Below the pieces are notes generated by a model, which did no database searches, was not told where the DNA came from, and saw only the letters and a list, made by a program, of their open reading frames with translations. Positions 19,996 to 29,740 of a stretch of DNA of 64,000 bases are shown here, in pieces. The position numbers and the translations under genes are program-made. The DNA lies in the NCBI GenBank assembly GCA_050331455.1, contig JBHJGV010000031.1, positions 29,098 through 93,097 on the forward strand, in the 5' to 3' direction. The DNA comes from Alphaproteobacteria bacterium. Its GTDB lineage: Bacteria; Pseudomonadota; Alphaproteobacteria; JAJFIK01. Position 1 is the stretch's first letter, and every line of letters begins with the position of its first letter.

Positions 19996-20811
19996 TCAGC
20001 GCAACGCATAGCCGCGGCGGCGCACCTCGACCGGCGTCATGCCCAGAAACTGGCGAAAGTCCCGCCCCATATGGGCCTGATCCGCATAACCGTGGGTGAC
20101 GGCGATTTCGGCGAAGGCCCCCCGCTCGGCGGCGGCGCAGGATCGGGCAGCGCTCTGGCAGCGGATGATGCGGGCATAGCGTTTCGGCGACAGTCCGATC
20201 TCGGCCCGGAAACACCGTTCAAACTGGCGCCGCCCCAGGCCGAGCAGCGCGGCCGTCGTCTCCAACGGCGCCTCTCCCCCTGCCTCCCACAACCGGCGCA
20301 AGGCGGGTGTCAGCCGGCACCGGGGCGTGCGCGGCAGCGTCCGAACAAGCCAGTCAGCCAGAAAAGCCGGCGCCTCCTCCACGGGCATGACCTCCAGCCG
20401 GTCATAAAGATCCCCGGCCTTCGCCCCCAAGAGCGTTTCCAGCGCGGTCCGCCGGTCCGAAAACGCCTTCAGCGGGGCCTTCCCAGCGAGGGCCACGGCG
20501 GCAGCCGCCTCCAGCTCGACGACGAGGGTCGCGACGGGCCCAGGGCGGAACTGGCAGGACAGGGCCCGCGACAATTGGCCGATAAAGCCCAACCGGGCCG
20601 ACCATCCGTCCGCGTTGCACAAGGGGAAGGGGTCATGGGGCATCGCACCGAAATGCACGTCGATCCGGGCAAAGCCCGTCGCCGTGATCGGCTCGCTCAC
20701 GGGCCCGCGAATCCACAGGGCCCGGTGCACCGGCCCGTCGGGCGCCACCGGCAGGGTCACGATCGGTGCCCGGCCCGCCTCCATCCCATCGTTTTCGACT
20801 TTGTCCATCAC
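19996..20811 (-). CDS. AraC-family transcriptional regulator
   Basis: C-terminal double HTH: LGRRQFERCFRAEIGLSPKRYARIIR...GYADQAHMGRDFRQFLGMTP. Confidence 0.88.
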   Translation of the reverse strand: MMDKVENDGMEAGRAPIVTLPVAPDGPVHRALWIRGPVSEPITATGFARIDVHFGAMPHDPFPLCNADGWSARLGFIGQLSRALSCQFRPGPVATLVVELEAAAAVALAGKAPLKAFSDRRTALETLLGAKAGDLYDRLEVMPVEEAPAFLADWLVRTLPRTPRCRLTPALRRLWEAGGEAPLETTAALLGLGRRQFERCFRAEIGLSPKRYARIIRCQSAARSCAAAERGAFAEIAVTHGYADQAHMGRDFRQFLGMTPVEVRRRGYALR

Positions 20812-20956
20812 AGCGTGCCCCCGAACCGTCGCTTTCGTTCAAGAACGCCCGCATCCTTCTCCGTAATCGTAAATAGCAGACTTTGCGATGCAGGAAAGGT
20901 GTGCCACATGCTGCTTCTCCCATCGCGCCAGCTGCCGGAATGGACCGGCATGAACC

Positions 20957-22816
20957 ATGGAGAGTTCAATGGACGCTGCACTTTCGCTCATTCTGGGGAC
21001 CCGCGGGGATGATCGCCTCGTCGGATCCCTGAACGACGACATGATCTACGGTTTTTCGGGCCGTGACAGTCTGGCGGGGGGCCTGGGTGCCGACACCCTG
21101 CTGGGCGGCGGAGGGGACGACGTCCTGGTCGGCGGCCAGGGCGATGACCGGCTGTTGGGTGGTCGGGGCGCTGACCGGTTCGTGTTCGATCCGTCCGATC
21201 TCAACCTCGGCGACGACGTGATCGGCGATTTCAGCGTTGCCGAAGGCGACGCCATCGTCCTGAATGCCGCCGACATCTTCCGCTCGGACCAGGACATACT
21301 GGGCTCGGATCAAGCCTTCCAGGCAACGGATCTCGATACGGCGGGCAGTTACGATCTCGTTGCCTCGCCGGGCGGATTTCTGACGGTTCTGCATCCGGGC
21401 GGCACCATCACCGTGCGCGGTGTCCCCTTTTCTCCAGACCTCACCTTCGGCGCCCTTGCCGGGCTCGGCGCCGTCGCAATCACAGGCCTTATCGCCGACC
21501 CGAATGAGGCGGGTCTCCTCGTCAGCCAGTCGGGCGATGATCTGCTGGTCGGCACCAATGGCGCGGCCGACTCCTTCCTGTTCGATCCCTCCAATCCGCA
21601 GCTCGGCGACGACATCATCGCAAATTTCGAGGTGGGCTCGGACCAGATCGTGCTCAATGCCGCCGATGTTCTGCGCTCGGCCCCGGACATCCTGGGCGAG
21701 GACGGCGTTCTGTCTCCGGAGGATTTCGATCAGAGCGATGCGTTCGATCTTGCCGCATCGGAGCGGGGCAATCTTACGGTTCTGCATCCCGGCGGTACAA
21801 TCGAAATCGCCGGCGTGCCCTTTTCGGAAGAGTTCACTTTCGCAAGCCTCGCGGAATTGGGCGCCATCGGGCTCAGCGGGCTCATCACTCCGGTCGCTTT
21901 GAGCGAAACGGATGTGCTCCTCAACGCCCGGGCTTTCCTGCCGCCGGATTTCCCAGTCCTCGTCTCGGGCGTCAATGACGACCTGATCCTCGCCGACGCG
22001 GCCATGACGGCCCCGGATCTTGCGTTTTTCGACATCTCACAACGCGGCCTGGGAGACGACATCCTGGCCAATTTCGACGTGACCCAGGATTTGGTGGTGT
22101 TCGACGCGGCCGACCTGTTCCGTGCCCTGGGCAATGGGTCCCTGTCCGATGACGGCGCCATCACGGCGTCCGATCTCGACGAGAGCGAGGCTTTCGACCT
22201 GATCGAGTCCGACCGGGGCAACCTGACCATCGTCCATCCCAACGGGTCCATCGAATTGCTGGATATTCCGTTCTTGGACGGACTCGATTTCAGCTTCGTG
22301 GCCCAGAATGTCCTCGGCCTTGCCGGCTTTGTCACGCCGGATGCGGACGGCGTCACGCCGTCGGGCTCGGGCGACGAGTTCCTGCAAGGAGTATCCGGTC
22401 TGGCACAGGCCTTCGTGTTCGACCCGTCGAACCCGCAACTCGGCGACGATGTCATTGGTGAACTGATCGTCGGCGAGGATCAGATCGTCCTCGACCTCGA
22501 CGGTGTTCTGGCCGTCGATCCCCATATCGCGGGCCCCGACGGCGTTCTGACAGCGGAGGATTTCGACGCCAGCGACGCGTTCGATCTTGCCGCATCGGAC
22601 CGGGGCAATCTCACGGTGCTGCATCCGGGCGGGACGATCGAGATCGCGAATTTTGCCTTCTCCGAGGACTTGACCTTCGCGGCCCTTGCCGACGCGGGGG
22701 CCCTCGCGGTGCAGGATTTCGGCGACGAGGCCACCGTCCAGACCGGAGCCGCTGAGCCGGCCTTGGCGAGCAGTGCCATCGAGGCATCCTGGGACGACAT
22801 GTTCGTTTTGCTCTGA
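20957..22816 (+). CDS. RTX (hemolysin-type Ca-binding) acidic protein with four ~130-150-aa internal repeats
   Basis: GGxGxD nonapeptides at the N-terminus; four modules beginning FxFDPS/AFFDIS and containing HPGGTI/HPNGSI. Confidence 0.85.
   Translation: MESSMDAALSLILGTRGDDRLVGSLNDDMIYGFSGRDSLAGGLGADTLLGGGGDDVLVGGQGDDRLLGGRGADRFVFDPSDLNLGDDVIGDFSVAEGDAIVLNAADIFRSDQDILGSDQAFQATDLDTAGSYDLVASPGGFLTVLHPGGTITVRGVPFSPDLTFGALAGLGAVAITGLIADPNEAGLLVSQSGDDLLVGTNGAADSFLFDPSNPQLGDDIIANFEVGSDQIVLNAADVLRSAPDILGEDGVLSPEDFDQSDAFDLAASERGNLTVLHPGGTIEIAGVPFSEEFTFASLAELGAIGLSGLITPVALSETDVLLNARAFLPPDFPVLVSGVNDDLILADAAMTAPDLAFFDISQRGLGDDILANFDVTQDLVVFDAADLFRALGNGSLSDDGAITASDLDESEAFDLIESDRGNLTIVHPNGSIELLDIPFLDGLDFSFVAQNVLGLAGFVTPDADGVTPSGSGDEFLQGVSGLAQAFVFDPSNPQLGDDVIGELIVGEDQIVLDLDGVLAVDPHIAGPDGVLTAEDFDASDAFDLAASDRGNLTVLHPGGTIEIANFAFSEDLTFAALADAGALAVQDFGDEATVQTGAAEPALASSAIEASWDDMFVLL
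21179..22710 (+). repeat. Four intragenic coding repeats
   Basis: Module starts at about 21179, 21575, 22022 and 22412. Confidence 0.85.
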
Positions 22817-22820
22817 GAAG

Positions 22821-22850
22821 CGGCTGTCCCGGCCGTACCCGGGACGGCCG
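22821..22850. terminator. Hairpin after the RTX gene
   Basis: CGGCTGTCCCGG ... CCGGGACGGCCG inverted repeat. Confidence 0.5.
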
Positions 22851-22990
22851 AACGCATGACAGACTTGGGGCGCAGTCCAAAGGGCTGCGCCCTCTTTGTG
22901 TCTGGCCCTGGATTGACGCCGATCCCCCCGGCCGCCGACACTGGGCGGCGCGCAGAACATGCCAGCCCAAAGAGTCCAAGGAGGAAAGCC

Positions 22991-23932
22991 ATGAGAATCA
23001 GCAACCGGGTCACGGATGTCCTGGGCACCGACTATCCGATCGTTCAGGCGCCCATGGGCTGGATTGCGCGGGCACGGCTCGCCTCCGCGGTCTCCAATGC
23101 GGGCGGCATGGGCATTATCGAAACATCCTCGGGAGAACTCGACCAGATCCGCGAAGAGATCAAAATGATGCGCCGTCTGACGGACAAACCCTTTGGCGTC
23201 AATATCGCCCAGGCCTTTGTCCGCGATCCGGGCATCGTCAATTTCGTAATCGACGAGGGCGTGCGCTTCGTGACGACGTCCGCGGGGGACCCGACCCGCT
23301 ACTGCGCGGACCTGAAAGAGGCCGGACTGACGGTTTTTCACGTGGTGCCCACGCTGGCCGGCGCGCTCAAGGCCGTCGAGGCAGGCGTTGACGGCCTCGT
23401 GGTCGAGGGCGGTGAAGGAGGCGGCTTCAAGAATCCCCAAGAAGTGGCCAGCATGGTCCTCCTGCCGCTTGTCTGCTCCCAGGTCGGCGTACCCGTCATC
23501 GCGGCCGGCGGCTTCGTGGACGGACGGACCATGGCGGCGGCTTTCGCGCTGGGCGCCGAGGGCATCCAGATGGGCACACGGATGGTCTCGGCGTTGGAGT
23601 CGCCGGTCCATGAGAACTGGAAACTCGCGGTGGTGGATGCCAAGGAAACGGACACGGTGTTCCTCAACCGGTTCGGCCGGCCGGCCCTGCGGGCCCTGCG
23701 CACCGAACGCACCAGCCGCCTGGAGCGGGAGGCGCCAGAGAACATCATGGGAGAGTTCCGCACGGCCCTCGATCTTTATTTCGGCGGCGACATGGAAGCC
23801 TCGATCGCCCTGTCAGGCCAAGTCTGCGGGCGCATCGATTCGATCAAGCCCGTGGCCGAAATCCTGCGGGAAACCATGACCGAGTTCCACGAAACCCTGC
23901 GCAGCCTCTCCGCCCGCTACCCGTCCGCGTGA
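22991..23932 (+). CDS. Nitronate monooxygenase / FabK-like flavoprotein
   Basis: PIVQAPMGW, VSNAGGMG, EGGEGGG, PVIAAGG, GIQMGTR; ATG 22991 after AGGAG. Confidence 0.88.
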   Translation: MRISNRVTDVLGTDYPIVQAPMGWIARARLASAVSNAGGMGIIETSSGELDQIREEIKMMRRLTDKPFGVNIAQAFVRDPGIVNFVIDEGVRFVTTSAGDPTRYCADLKEAGLTVFHVVPTLAGALKAVEAGVDGLVVEGGEGGGFKNPQEVASMVLLPLVCSQVGVPVIAAGGFVDGRTMAAAFALGAEGIQMGTRMVSALESPVHENWKLAVVDAKETDTVFLNRFGRPALRALRTERTSRLEREAPENIMGEFRTALDLYFGGDMEASIALSGQVCGRIDSIKPVAEILRETMTEFHETLRSLSARYPSA

Positions 23933-24015
23933 GGATGATGGGTATCACCGTCATTGTTTGCAGGGCGGGCCGAAACCTGCCCCGCAGACTTTACCGGTGA
24001 GATCATACGCTTGCG

Positions 24016-24432
24016 TCACAAAAGGCCCAATTCGCGCAGTTCGGCCTTGAGAGCGGCGGGCATAGCCGCTTCCCCGGATCCGGGCTTGACGTCGGCCGGG
24101 GCGTCCTCCGGCTTCAAATAGCGCCACCCCTGGAACGGCCGGCGCGGCACCGTGTCGACGGCCACAAGTTCCGGGTCCATGAGCAGATCACAGCGGCCGA
24201 TCCCGGCCTCGTCCGTAAAGGGACGGATATCCACGAGCCGCTGGCGCACCTGGATGAAGCCCTTGATCACCCAATAGATCGATCCGCCGTCCAGCACCTC
24301 GTCCCGGCGTTTTGGCACCATGCGCGTGGTATGGGCGATCTCGCCCACAAGGCGCAGGCGGCCCTTCTGCCAGCGGGAGAGGTCATCGATGCTGTCCGCA
24401 CCGACACATAATTTCAGCAGGTGTATGGTCAT
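24016..24432 (-). CDS. DUF1489 family protein
   Basis: HLLKLCVGADSIDDL, TRMVPKRRDEVLDGGSIYWVIKG, RRPFQGWRYL. Confidence 0.85.
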   Translation of the reverse strand: MTIHLLKLCVGADSIDDLSRWQKGRLRLVGEIAHTTRMVPKRRDEVLDGGSIYWVIKGFIQVRQRLVDIRPFTDEAGIGRCDLLMDPELVAVDTVPRRPFQGWRYLKPEDAPADVKPGSGEAAMPAALKAELRELGLL

Positions 24433-24535
24433 GGCTCGGCGGAAAACTGTAGGCAGGGAAACACAAAGAGTTGCGGCAGGCTGGACCGTCGACGGTTCGC
24501 ACGCCCACGGCCCCGTCCCGGATCGCAAAACAGGC

Positions 24536-24949
24536 TCAGGCTGCGGAAGCGCCCATGAATGAGCCCGCCACGGCGCCGGCCATGAGGAAGAGAGCCACAA
24601 GACCCACCGTCCACACCAGCGACCGCACGACCGGAATGCCGGTGATGTAAGCCGGCAGATAGATCAACCGGGCAATGACGAAGATTTGAGCACCAAGCAG
24701 GCCCATGGCGGGGATTTCGGGACGGGCGTTCAGCAGCAGGGCCAGGGGCAGGAAAATCAACAGGGCTTCCTGCATATTTGCGTGGGCTCGCTCCGAGCGG
24801 GCGCCATAGACACTGGTTTCCGGCGGATTGTCCCGGGGCCCCATGGGCACGCTCAAATCGGCATCGGGGCGCAGGAAATAGCGGAAAGCGGGAGGCAGCA
24901 GGGTCTGCACGAGATAAAGGCCGAGGGCCGCAAGGATCAAAAGCTCCAT
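24536..24949 (-). CDS. MAPEG family membrane protein
   Basis: GPRD, RSERAHANMQEAL, FVIARLIYLPAY. Confidence 0.85.
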   Translation of the reverse strand: MELLILAALGLYLVQTLLPPAFRYFLRPDADLSVPMGPRDNPPETSVYGARSERAHANMQEALLIFLPLALLLNARPEIPAMGLLGAQIFVIARLIYLPAYITGIPVVRSLVWTVGLVALFLMAGAVAGSFMGASAA

Positions 24950-24968
24950 CGTCGTCTCCTATGTCGTC

Positions 24969-25769
24969 CTAAGGGATCTGCACGGAGTCGTTACGCGCCG
25001 GCGGGGCAAGCGGTTCGGCTTCGATAATGCGCACCGTGACACTCTCTTCGAAATCCCGGAAAAGGGCGCTGCCGGACACGGCCGTCCGGCTTTCGGTCAG
25101 CAGGGGAAGGCCGTCGCGCAGGTCATAGGTCGCGGTCTGCTCGAAGGAGGCGATGCGCGCCGAGAAATTCGGCTTGAAGGGCTCCGGCGAGAAGAGGCGC
25201 ACGGTTCGGATCCAGGGCCTGGTGCCCTCCGCCCCCGCTCCAGTCTGGCGCACTGTCAGTTCGCCGTGCAGCTTTTCCAGAAAGCCGGCCGCCCGTCCTC
25301 GGGGTTGGCCTTTCGGCGGCGCCGTGGGCTGGAAGCGGTAAACCATCGCCTCGGCCTCTTCGCGCACCAGCGTGACATCATTGCCCAGCACCGTGGAGAG
25401 GTTTTCATAGCCCAGGAGTTCTGAACCACGCTTGGCGTCCCGGACGCCCTCAAACAGCCTGATCACCTCCTTGGACGCCGTCTCCGGTGAGGGCGACAGC
25501 AGGGTCCAGGCCTCCCCCGGCTCGCGAGGGTCGTAACGCAGCAGGACTTCATTGCCGTCGCTGGACAGGGACTGGGTGAAGGCCCAAGCCTGGGCCGACA
25601 CGGCCGCTCCGGACTCAAGCGCCTGCGAGATCAGCGCGGGCCGGGGCGCAGGTCCCGGCGCGGCATCGGATTGCGGCTGGGCCGGGGCAACGGATGGACT
25701 CATCAGCAGCAAGACGAGCGCAGCCCCGGCGGCGAGAAGGGCGTGGCCCGGCAATTGGCCTCCCGGCAT
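24969..25769 (-). CDS. Hypothetical exported beta-rich protein
   Basis: Signal peptide followed by a beta-strand-rich body; same orientation as the neighbouring genes. Confidence 0.7.
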   Translation of the reverse strand: MPGGQLPGHALLAAGAALVLLLMSPSVAPAQPQSDAAPGPAPRPALISQALESGAAVSAQAWAFTQSLSSDGNEVLLRYDPREPGEAWTLLSPSPETASKEVIRLFEGVRDAKRGSELLGYENLSTVLGNDVTLVREEAEAMVYRFQPTAPPKGQPRGRAAGFLEKLHGELTVRQTGAGAEGTRPWIRTVRLFSPEPFKPNFSARIASFEQTATYDLRDGLPLLTESRTAVSGSALFRDFEESVTVRIIEAEPLAPPARNDSVQIP

Positions 25770-25792
25770 GGACAGGCTCCTTTCAAACGGTC

Positions 25793-27805
25793 TCAGGATC
25801 CGACGCTCAAGGTGGCGAGGACGGCGCCCTCCTCCACCTGATCGCCCGGTGCAACGGTCAGGCTTTCCACGGTGCCGTCGGCGCCGGCGCTCAAGGTGTG
25901 TTCCATTTTCATGGCCTCCAGTACGACCAGGGCCTGCCCCCGGCGAACCGAATCGCCCTCGGCGGCATGCACGGCGATGATCTTGCCGGGCATGGGCGCG
26001 GCAATGCGTGCCGCCGCATCGGTATCGCTGACCGACCGCTCCAGCGGATCCTCGAGAACCACCTCGTGGGCATGCCCCTCCGTCATGATCACGATTCGCC
26101 GCCCAAGGCGCAGCACGCCGATGCAGTCATGGCGTCCATTGAGCACAACCGACAGGCGTTCGGCCTCGACCATGCTGGCCTGGCCTTCGAACATCCGCCC
26201 ATCGATGTCCAGCGCCCGCAACGGCGCCCCGTGACCGACCGTGACCGTGAACGGATGGTCCCCGCCGAAGCGCAGGACCTCCCGGGCCCGCGCACCAACC
26301 CGCCAGCCGTCCAGCGCATGCCAGGGCGAGTGGGGATCTGCGGACCGCGCTCGGGCGTGGGCCGCGGCCGCGTCCCGTTCGGCGAGGACATAGAGCGCCG
26401 CGAGGGCCTTGATGTCGTCCGCCGGCGGGCCGGGATCGGGGATCAGGTCCTCCAGATGCCGGTCGATGAAGCCGGTGTCGATGGCCGCGTCCCGGAAAGC
26501 CGGGTGGCCGGCGATCTCGGCAAGGAAGCCCGCATTGGTCTGCACGCCGGCCACCTCGCTTGCCCGCAGCGCCTGGCCGAGCCGGCGCAGGGCCGCGTCC
26601 CGGGTCTCGCCCCAGGCAATGATCTTGGCGATCATCGGGTCGTAATGGATCGTCACCGCATCGCCCTGGCGCACGCCCGTATCGATGCGCAGGCGGTCGT
26701 CCGGTTCCGGCAGGGCCAGCCGGTGCAGGGTGCCCGTGGAGGGCAGAAACCCCTTGGACGGATTTTCTGCATAAAGACGGGCTTCGATGGCATGGCCGGT
26801 CAGCGGGATCTGCTCCTGGGTCCGCGGCAAGGGCTCGCCCATGGCGACGCGGATCTGCCATTCCACCAGATCGAGCCCGGTGATCATTTCCGTGACCGGA
26901 TGCTCCACCTGCAGCCGCGTGTTCATCTCCATGAAGAAGAAGCCGTTCTCGCGCAGCCCCTGGGAGCCGTCGGCGATGAACTCCACGGTGCCGGCCCCCC
27001 GATAGCCGATCGCGCGGGCCGCCTCCACCGCCGCCCGGCCCATAGCCGTGCGCACGGGTTCTGTCATGCCCGGCGCCGGGGCCTCCTCAATAACTTTCTG
27101 GTGGCGCCGCTGGAGGGAGCAGTCCCGCTCGAACAGATGCACGACCCCGCCATGGGCGTCCGCGAAGACCTGGATCTCCACATGGCGCGGACGGGTCACG
27201 AAACGCTCGATCAGCACGCGGTCATCGCCGAAAGCATTGGCCGATTCGCGCTTGGCGGAGGCCAGGGCCGCCTCGAAATCCTCCCGCCGGTCCACCCGGC
27301 GCATGCCCTTGCCGCCGCCGCCTGCGACGGCCTTGATCAGCACGGGAAAGCCCACCGCATGGGCCGCGTCCACCAGATGGGCCGGGTCCTGATTGGCGCC
27401 GTGATAGCCCGGCACGATTGGCACACCGGCCTTTTCCATCAGGGCCTTGGCCTGGTCCTTGAGGCCCATGGCCCGAATCGCGGCCGGCGGGGGGCCGACA
27501 AAGATAAGGCCCGCCGCAGCAACGGCCTCGGCGAACGCGGCGTTCTCGGACAAAAAGCCGTAACCGGGATGGATGGCCTGGGCTCCCGAGCACTGGGCCG
27601 CCTCGATAAGGGCCTCGCCCCGCAAATAGCTCTCGGCGGCCGGCGCGGGGCCGATGGCGAGGGCCGAATCGGCCAGCGCGACATGGGCCGCATGGCCATC
27701 GGCCTCCGAATAGACCGCCAGCGTTTCGATGCCCATCCGCCGCGCCGTCCGGATAATCCGGCACGCGATCTCGCCGCGATTGGCGATCAAGAGCCGATCC
27801 ACCAT
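25793..27805 (-). CDS. liuD: Biotin-dependent acyl-CoA carboxylase alpha subunit (methylcrotonyl-CoA carboxylase-like)
   Basis: LIANRGEIA, HPGYGFLSEN, GGGGKGMR, ERDCSLQRRHQK, EAMKME biotin site; near a liuC-like hydratase. Confidence 0.88.
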   Translation of the reverse strand: MVDRLLIANRGEIACRIIRTARRMGIETLAVYSEADGHAAHVALADSALAIGPAPAAESYLRGEALIEAAQCSGAQAIHPGYGFLSENAAFAEAVAAAGLIFVGPPPAAIRAMGLKDQAKALMEKAGVPIVPGYHGANQDPAHLVDAAHAVGFPVLIKAVAGGGGKGMRRVDRREDFEAALASAKRESANAFGDDRVLIERFVTRPRHVEIQVFADAHGGVVHLFERDCSLQRRHQKVIEEAPAPGMTEPVRTAMGRAAVEAARAIGYRGAGTVEFIADGSQGLRENGFFFMEMNTRLQVEHPVTEMITGLDLVEWQIRVAMGEPLPRTQEQIPLTGHAIEARLYAENPSKGFLPSTGTLHRLALPEPDDRLRIDTGVRQGDAVTIHYDPMIAKIIAWGETRDAALRRLGQALRASEVAGVQTNAGFLAEIAGHPAFRDAAIDTGFIDRHLEDLIPDPGPPADDIKALAALYVLAERDAAAAHARARSADPHSPWHALDGWRVGARAREVLRFGGDHPFTVTVGHGAPLRALDIDGRMFEGQASMVEAERLSVVLNGRHDCIGVLRLGRRIVIMTEGHAHEVVLEDPLERSVSDTDAAARIAAPMPGKIIAVHAAEGDSVRRGQALVVLEAMKMEHTLSAGADGTVESLTVAPGDQVEEGAVLATLSVGS

Positions 27806-27875
27806 GCAAGCCTCGCTCCCATATGGCGCAGAACGCCCTCACCCACTCTTTCAGGTCATAGCATGGGGCGACGGC

Positions 27876-28061
27876 TCAGGTCAGGGCGTGGAGGTCTGGA
27901 ATTGCCGGAACGCTGCCGTGGTCGGGATACTTCCACGGACCGTTGGCCCGGTTGAGCCAGCAGGCATCGAAGCCGAAGCGCGCAGCGCCGGCGGCATCCC
28001 AGGCACTGGAGCACACAAAGCGGACGGCGCCGGGGAGGCTTCTCACCGCGAAGCTGGCCGG
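27876..28061 (-). pseudogene. C-terminal remnant of a type II haloacid dehalogenase (HAD)
   Basis: VRFVCSSAWDAAGAARFGFDACWLNR resembles HAD motif IV (FVSSNxWDxxGA..FG...W.NR); no N-terminal DxxGT motif and no room for one. Confidence 0.7.
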
Positions 28062-28104
28062 GCCTGTGCCAGCGATCACAGCTGCAACGGAAAAGCGGGG
28101 GCCT

Positions 28105-29550
28105 CTACTGGCCGGCCGCCATCAGCAAGGCCGGCTCCCGGGCCACGTCCCGCATCGGCCGCGCGGTCGCGGCGGCGACCGACAGGGCGGGCCGGACGGC
28201 CTGCGCGCGTCCCCCGGGCTCTGGCCCGTCCAGGACGATGCCGTCCTCCGGACCGGCCGGCTCCAGAAGCCCCATGAGAGCCCGCTGCAGTTCCGGCGTC
28301 ATGAGACCGGCGAAGGTGTCCTCGACGCGGATCCAGGCACGCCCCTGCAGAATCGACCACAGCGGCCCCGGAACGCCGACCGACTCAAGCAGCAGGGGCA
28401 GCACGGGACGCCCGAAGCGCCGGGCGGCCAGGAGTTCGCGGAACACCCGTTCCGACCGGAAGGTCCCGGCGGTGCCCAAAAGCACGATGGCATTGGAGCC
28501 CTGCACGGCACGCAGACTGTCGGCAGTCCACCGGACATCGCCGCTGCCCTGGGCCGGATTGGGCGTGACGGAAAGCCCCAGGCGGTGCAGGTCGAGCGCC
28601 AGAATGTCCGCTTCGCGGCCGTCACCGGGTCCATGGATGACGCCGACGTCCCGGATCGTCGTTTCGCGGGTCGCCAAGTCATCTTCCCTCCGCCGTGCCG
28701 GGTCGGGACGGTCGCTGCCCAGGGGCCGCACGCTGAGCAGTCCGGCGCCGGCGAACAGGCCGATGGCGGCGAACCAGCCGGCGATGCCGAACAGGACCGC
28801 CGCCCCCAGGGCGAACAGGACCGGGATCCAGGCTTCCGGTCCGCCCGCCATCAGGTCTTCGGCCCAGACCCGGCTGCCCGCATGCGCGCCAATCAGGCCC
28901 GACGCGGCAATCCCCGCCATAGCGAACAGGCTGAACAGGCCACCGGTCACCACGGCGAGCGCGTTCCACAGATCCGTGTGGCCGGCGGGGGCAACGGCCG
29001 CGCTCGTGCCTTTCACGGAGGGAGCGTCTTCCCCGCTGAGTGCGCCGCAGGCCAGACTGAGGTCTTGGAGCGGCCCTTCATCGGCATGATCCTCGCCGGA
29101 CCGGGCCCAACGGCTGAGATCGATCGCGGGCAGGTCCCGAAAGCCAAAGGGCAGGCTGTGGCCCGGCACCCCTTTTCCCTGCAGACCATGATTTGCGTCG
29201 CCCGTTCCGTCGAGCGTGGCAAGCACACAGCGGCCCGCTGCGAGGGCGTCCAGGCTGGTCTCGATCAACGCCTTCACGTCGCCGCGGTCTTCATGGGCAA
29301 GGTCGGCACTGGCGCGGGACCACAGGGCCACGGTTACGGGCAAATCTGGCACAGGTAAATCCGGCACAGGCGAGTCAGGCCCACGCGGGTCGGTCCCGGG
29401 CGAATCAGGCTTTAGCGACGCAGGGTCGGCGGAGGGGCCATTGCCGTGCGCCTCGAACCGGCAGTCCAGCCCCTGACGACGCAGGGCCGCGGCGAGGCGC
29501 TGGCCCGCATCGGCATCCCTGGCCGCGGACCGGATCACAATGACACCCAT
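28105..29550 (-). CDS. Membrane protein with two TIR-like domains flanking two TM helices
   Basis: N-domain VALWSRAS...LPFGFRDLPAIDLSRW; two hydrophobic helices; C-domain SNAIVLLG...SERVFRELLAARRFGRPVLPLLLE; GGAGGT RBS. Confidence 0.72.
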   Translation of the reverse strand: MGVIVIRSAARDADAGQRLAAALRRQGLDCRFEAHGNGPSADPASLKPDSPGTDPRGPDSPVPDLPVPDLPVTVALWSRASADLAHEDRGDVKALIETSLDALAAGRCVLATLDGTGDANHGLQGKGVPGHSLPFGFRDLPAIDLSRWARSGEDHADEGPLQDLSLACGALSGEDAPSVKGTSAAVAPAGHTDLWNALAVVTGGLFSLFAMAGIAASGLIGAHAGSRVWAEDLMAGGPEAWIPVLFALGAAVLFGIAGWFAAIGLFAGAGLLSVRPLGSDRPDPARRREDDLATRETTIRDVGVIHGPGDGREADILALDLHRLGLSVTPNPAQGSGDVRWTADSLRAVQGSNAIVLLGTAGTFRSERVFRELLAARRFGRPVLPLLLESVGVPGPLWSILQGRAWIRVEDTFAGLMTPELQRALMGLLEPAGPEDGIVLDGPEPGGRAQAVRPALSVAAATARPMRDVAREPALLMAAGQ

Positions 29551-29657
29551 GGGGGACCTCCGAATCGGATCTCTAACGAACGCCAGACTAACGTGCAGTC
29601 CGCTAGATAATCCTTAATCTGAGAGACCCGTTTGGCGGTTCTGTGGCCGGTTCGAGG

Positions 29658-29685
29658 CTGTCCGCCGCGACAGGGCAGCGGACAG
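29658..29685. terminator. Hairpin between liuC and the TIR gene
   Basis: CTGTCCGCCGC ... GCAGCGGACAG inverted repeat. Confidence 0.45.
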
Positions 29686-29740
29686 GCCGCAGTCGGAGTA
29701 TTGCCGAGCAGTCATGACGCCCAGGCACCTTTTCGATGCG

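Noticed and set aside
23960-23990. Further REP copy between NMO and DUF1489
   Set aside because: GCAGGGCGGGCCGAAACCTGCCCGC only loosely resembles the REP and lacks GTAG; more likely an ordinary terminator hairpin.
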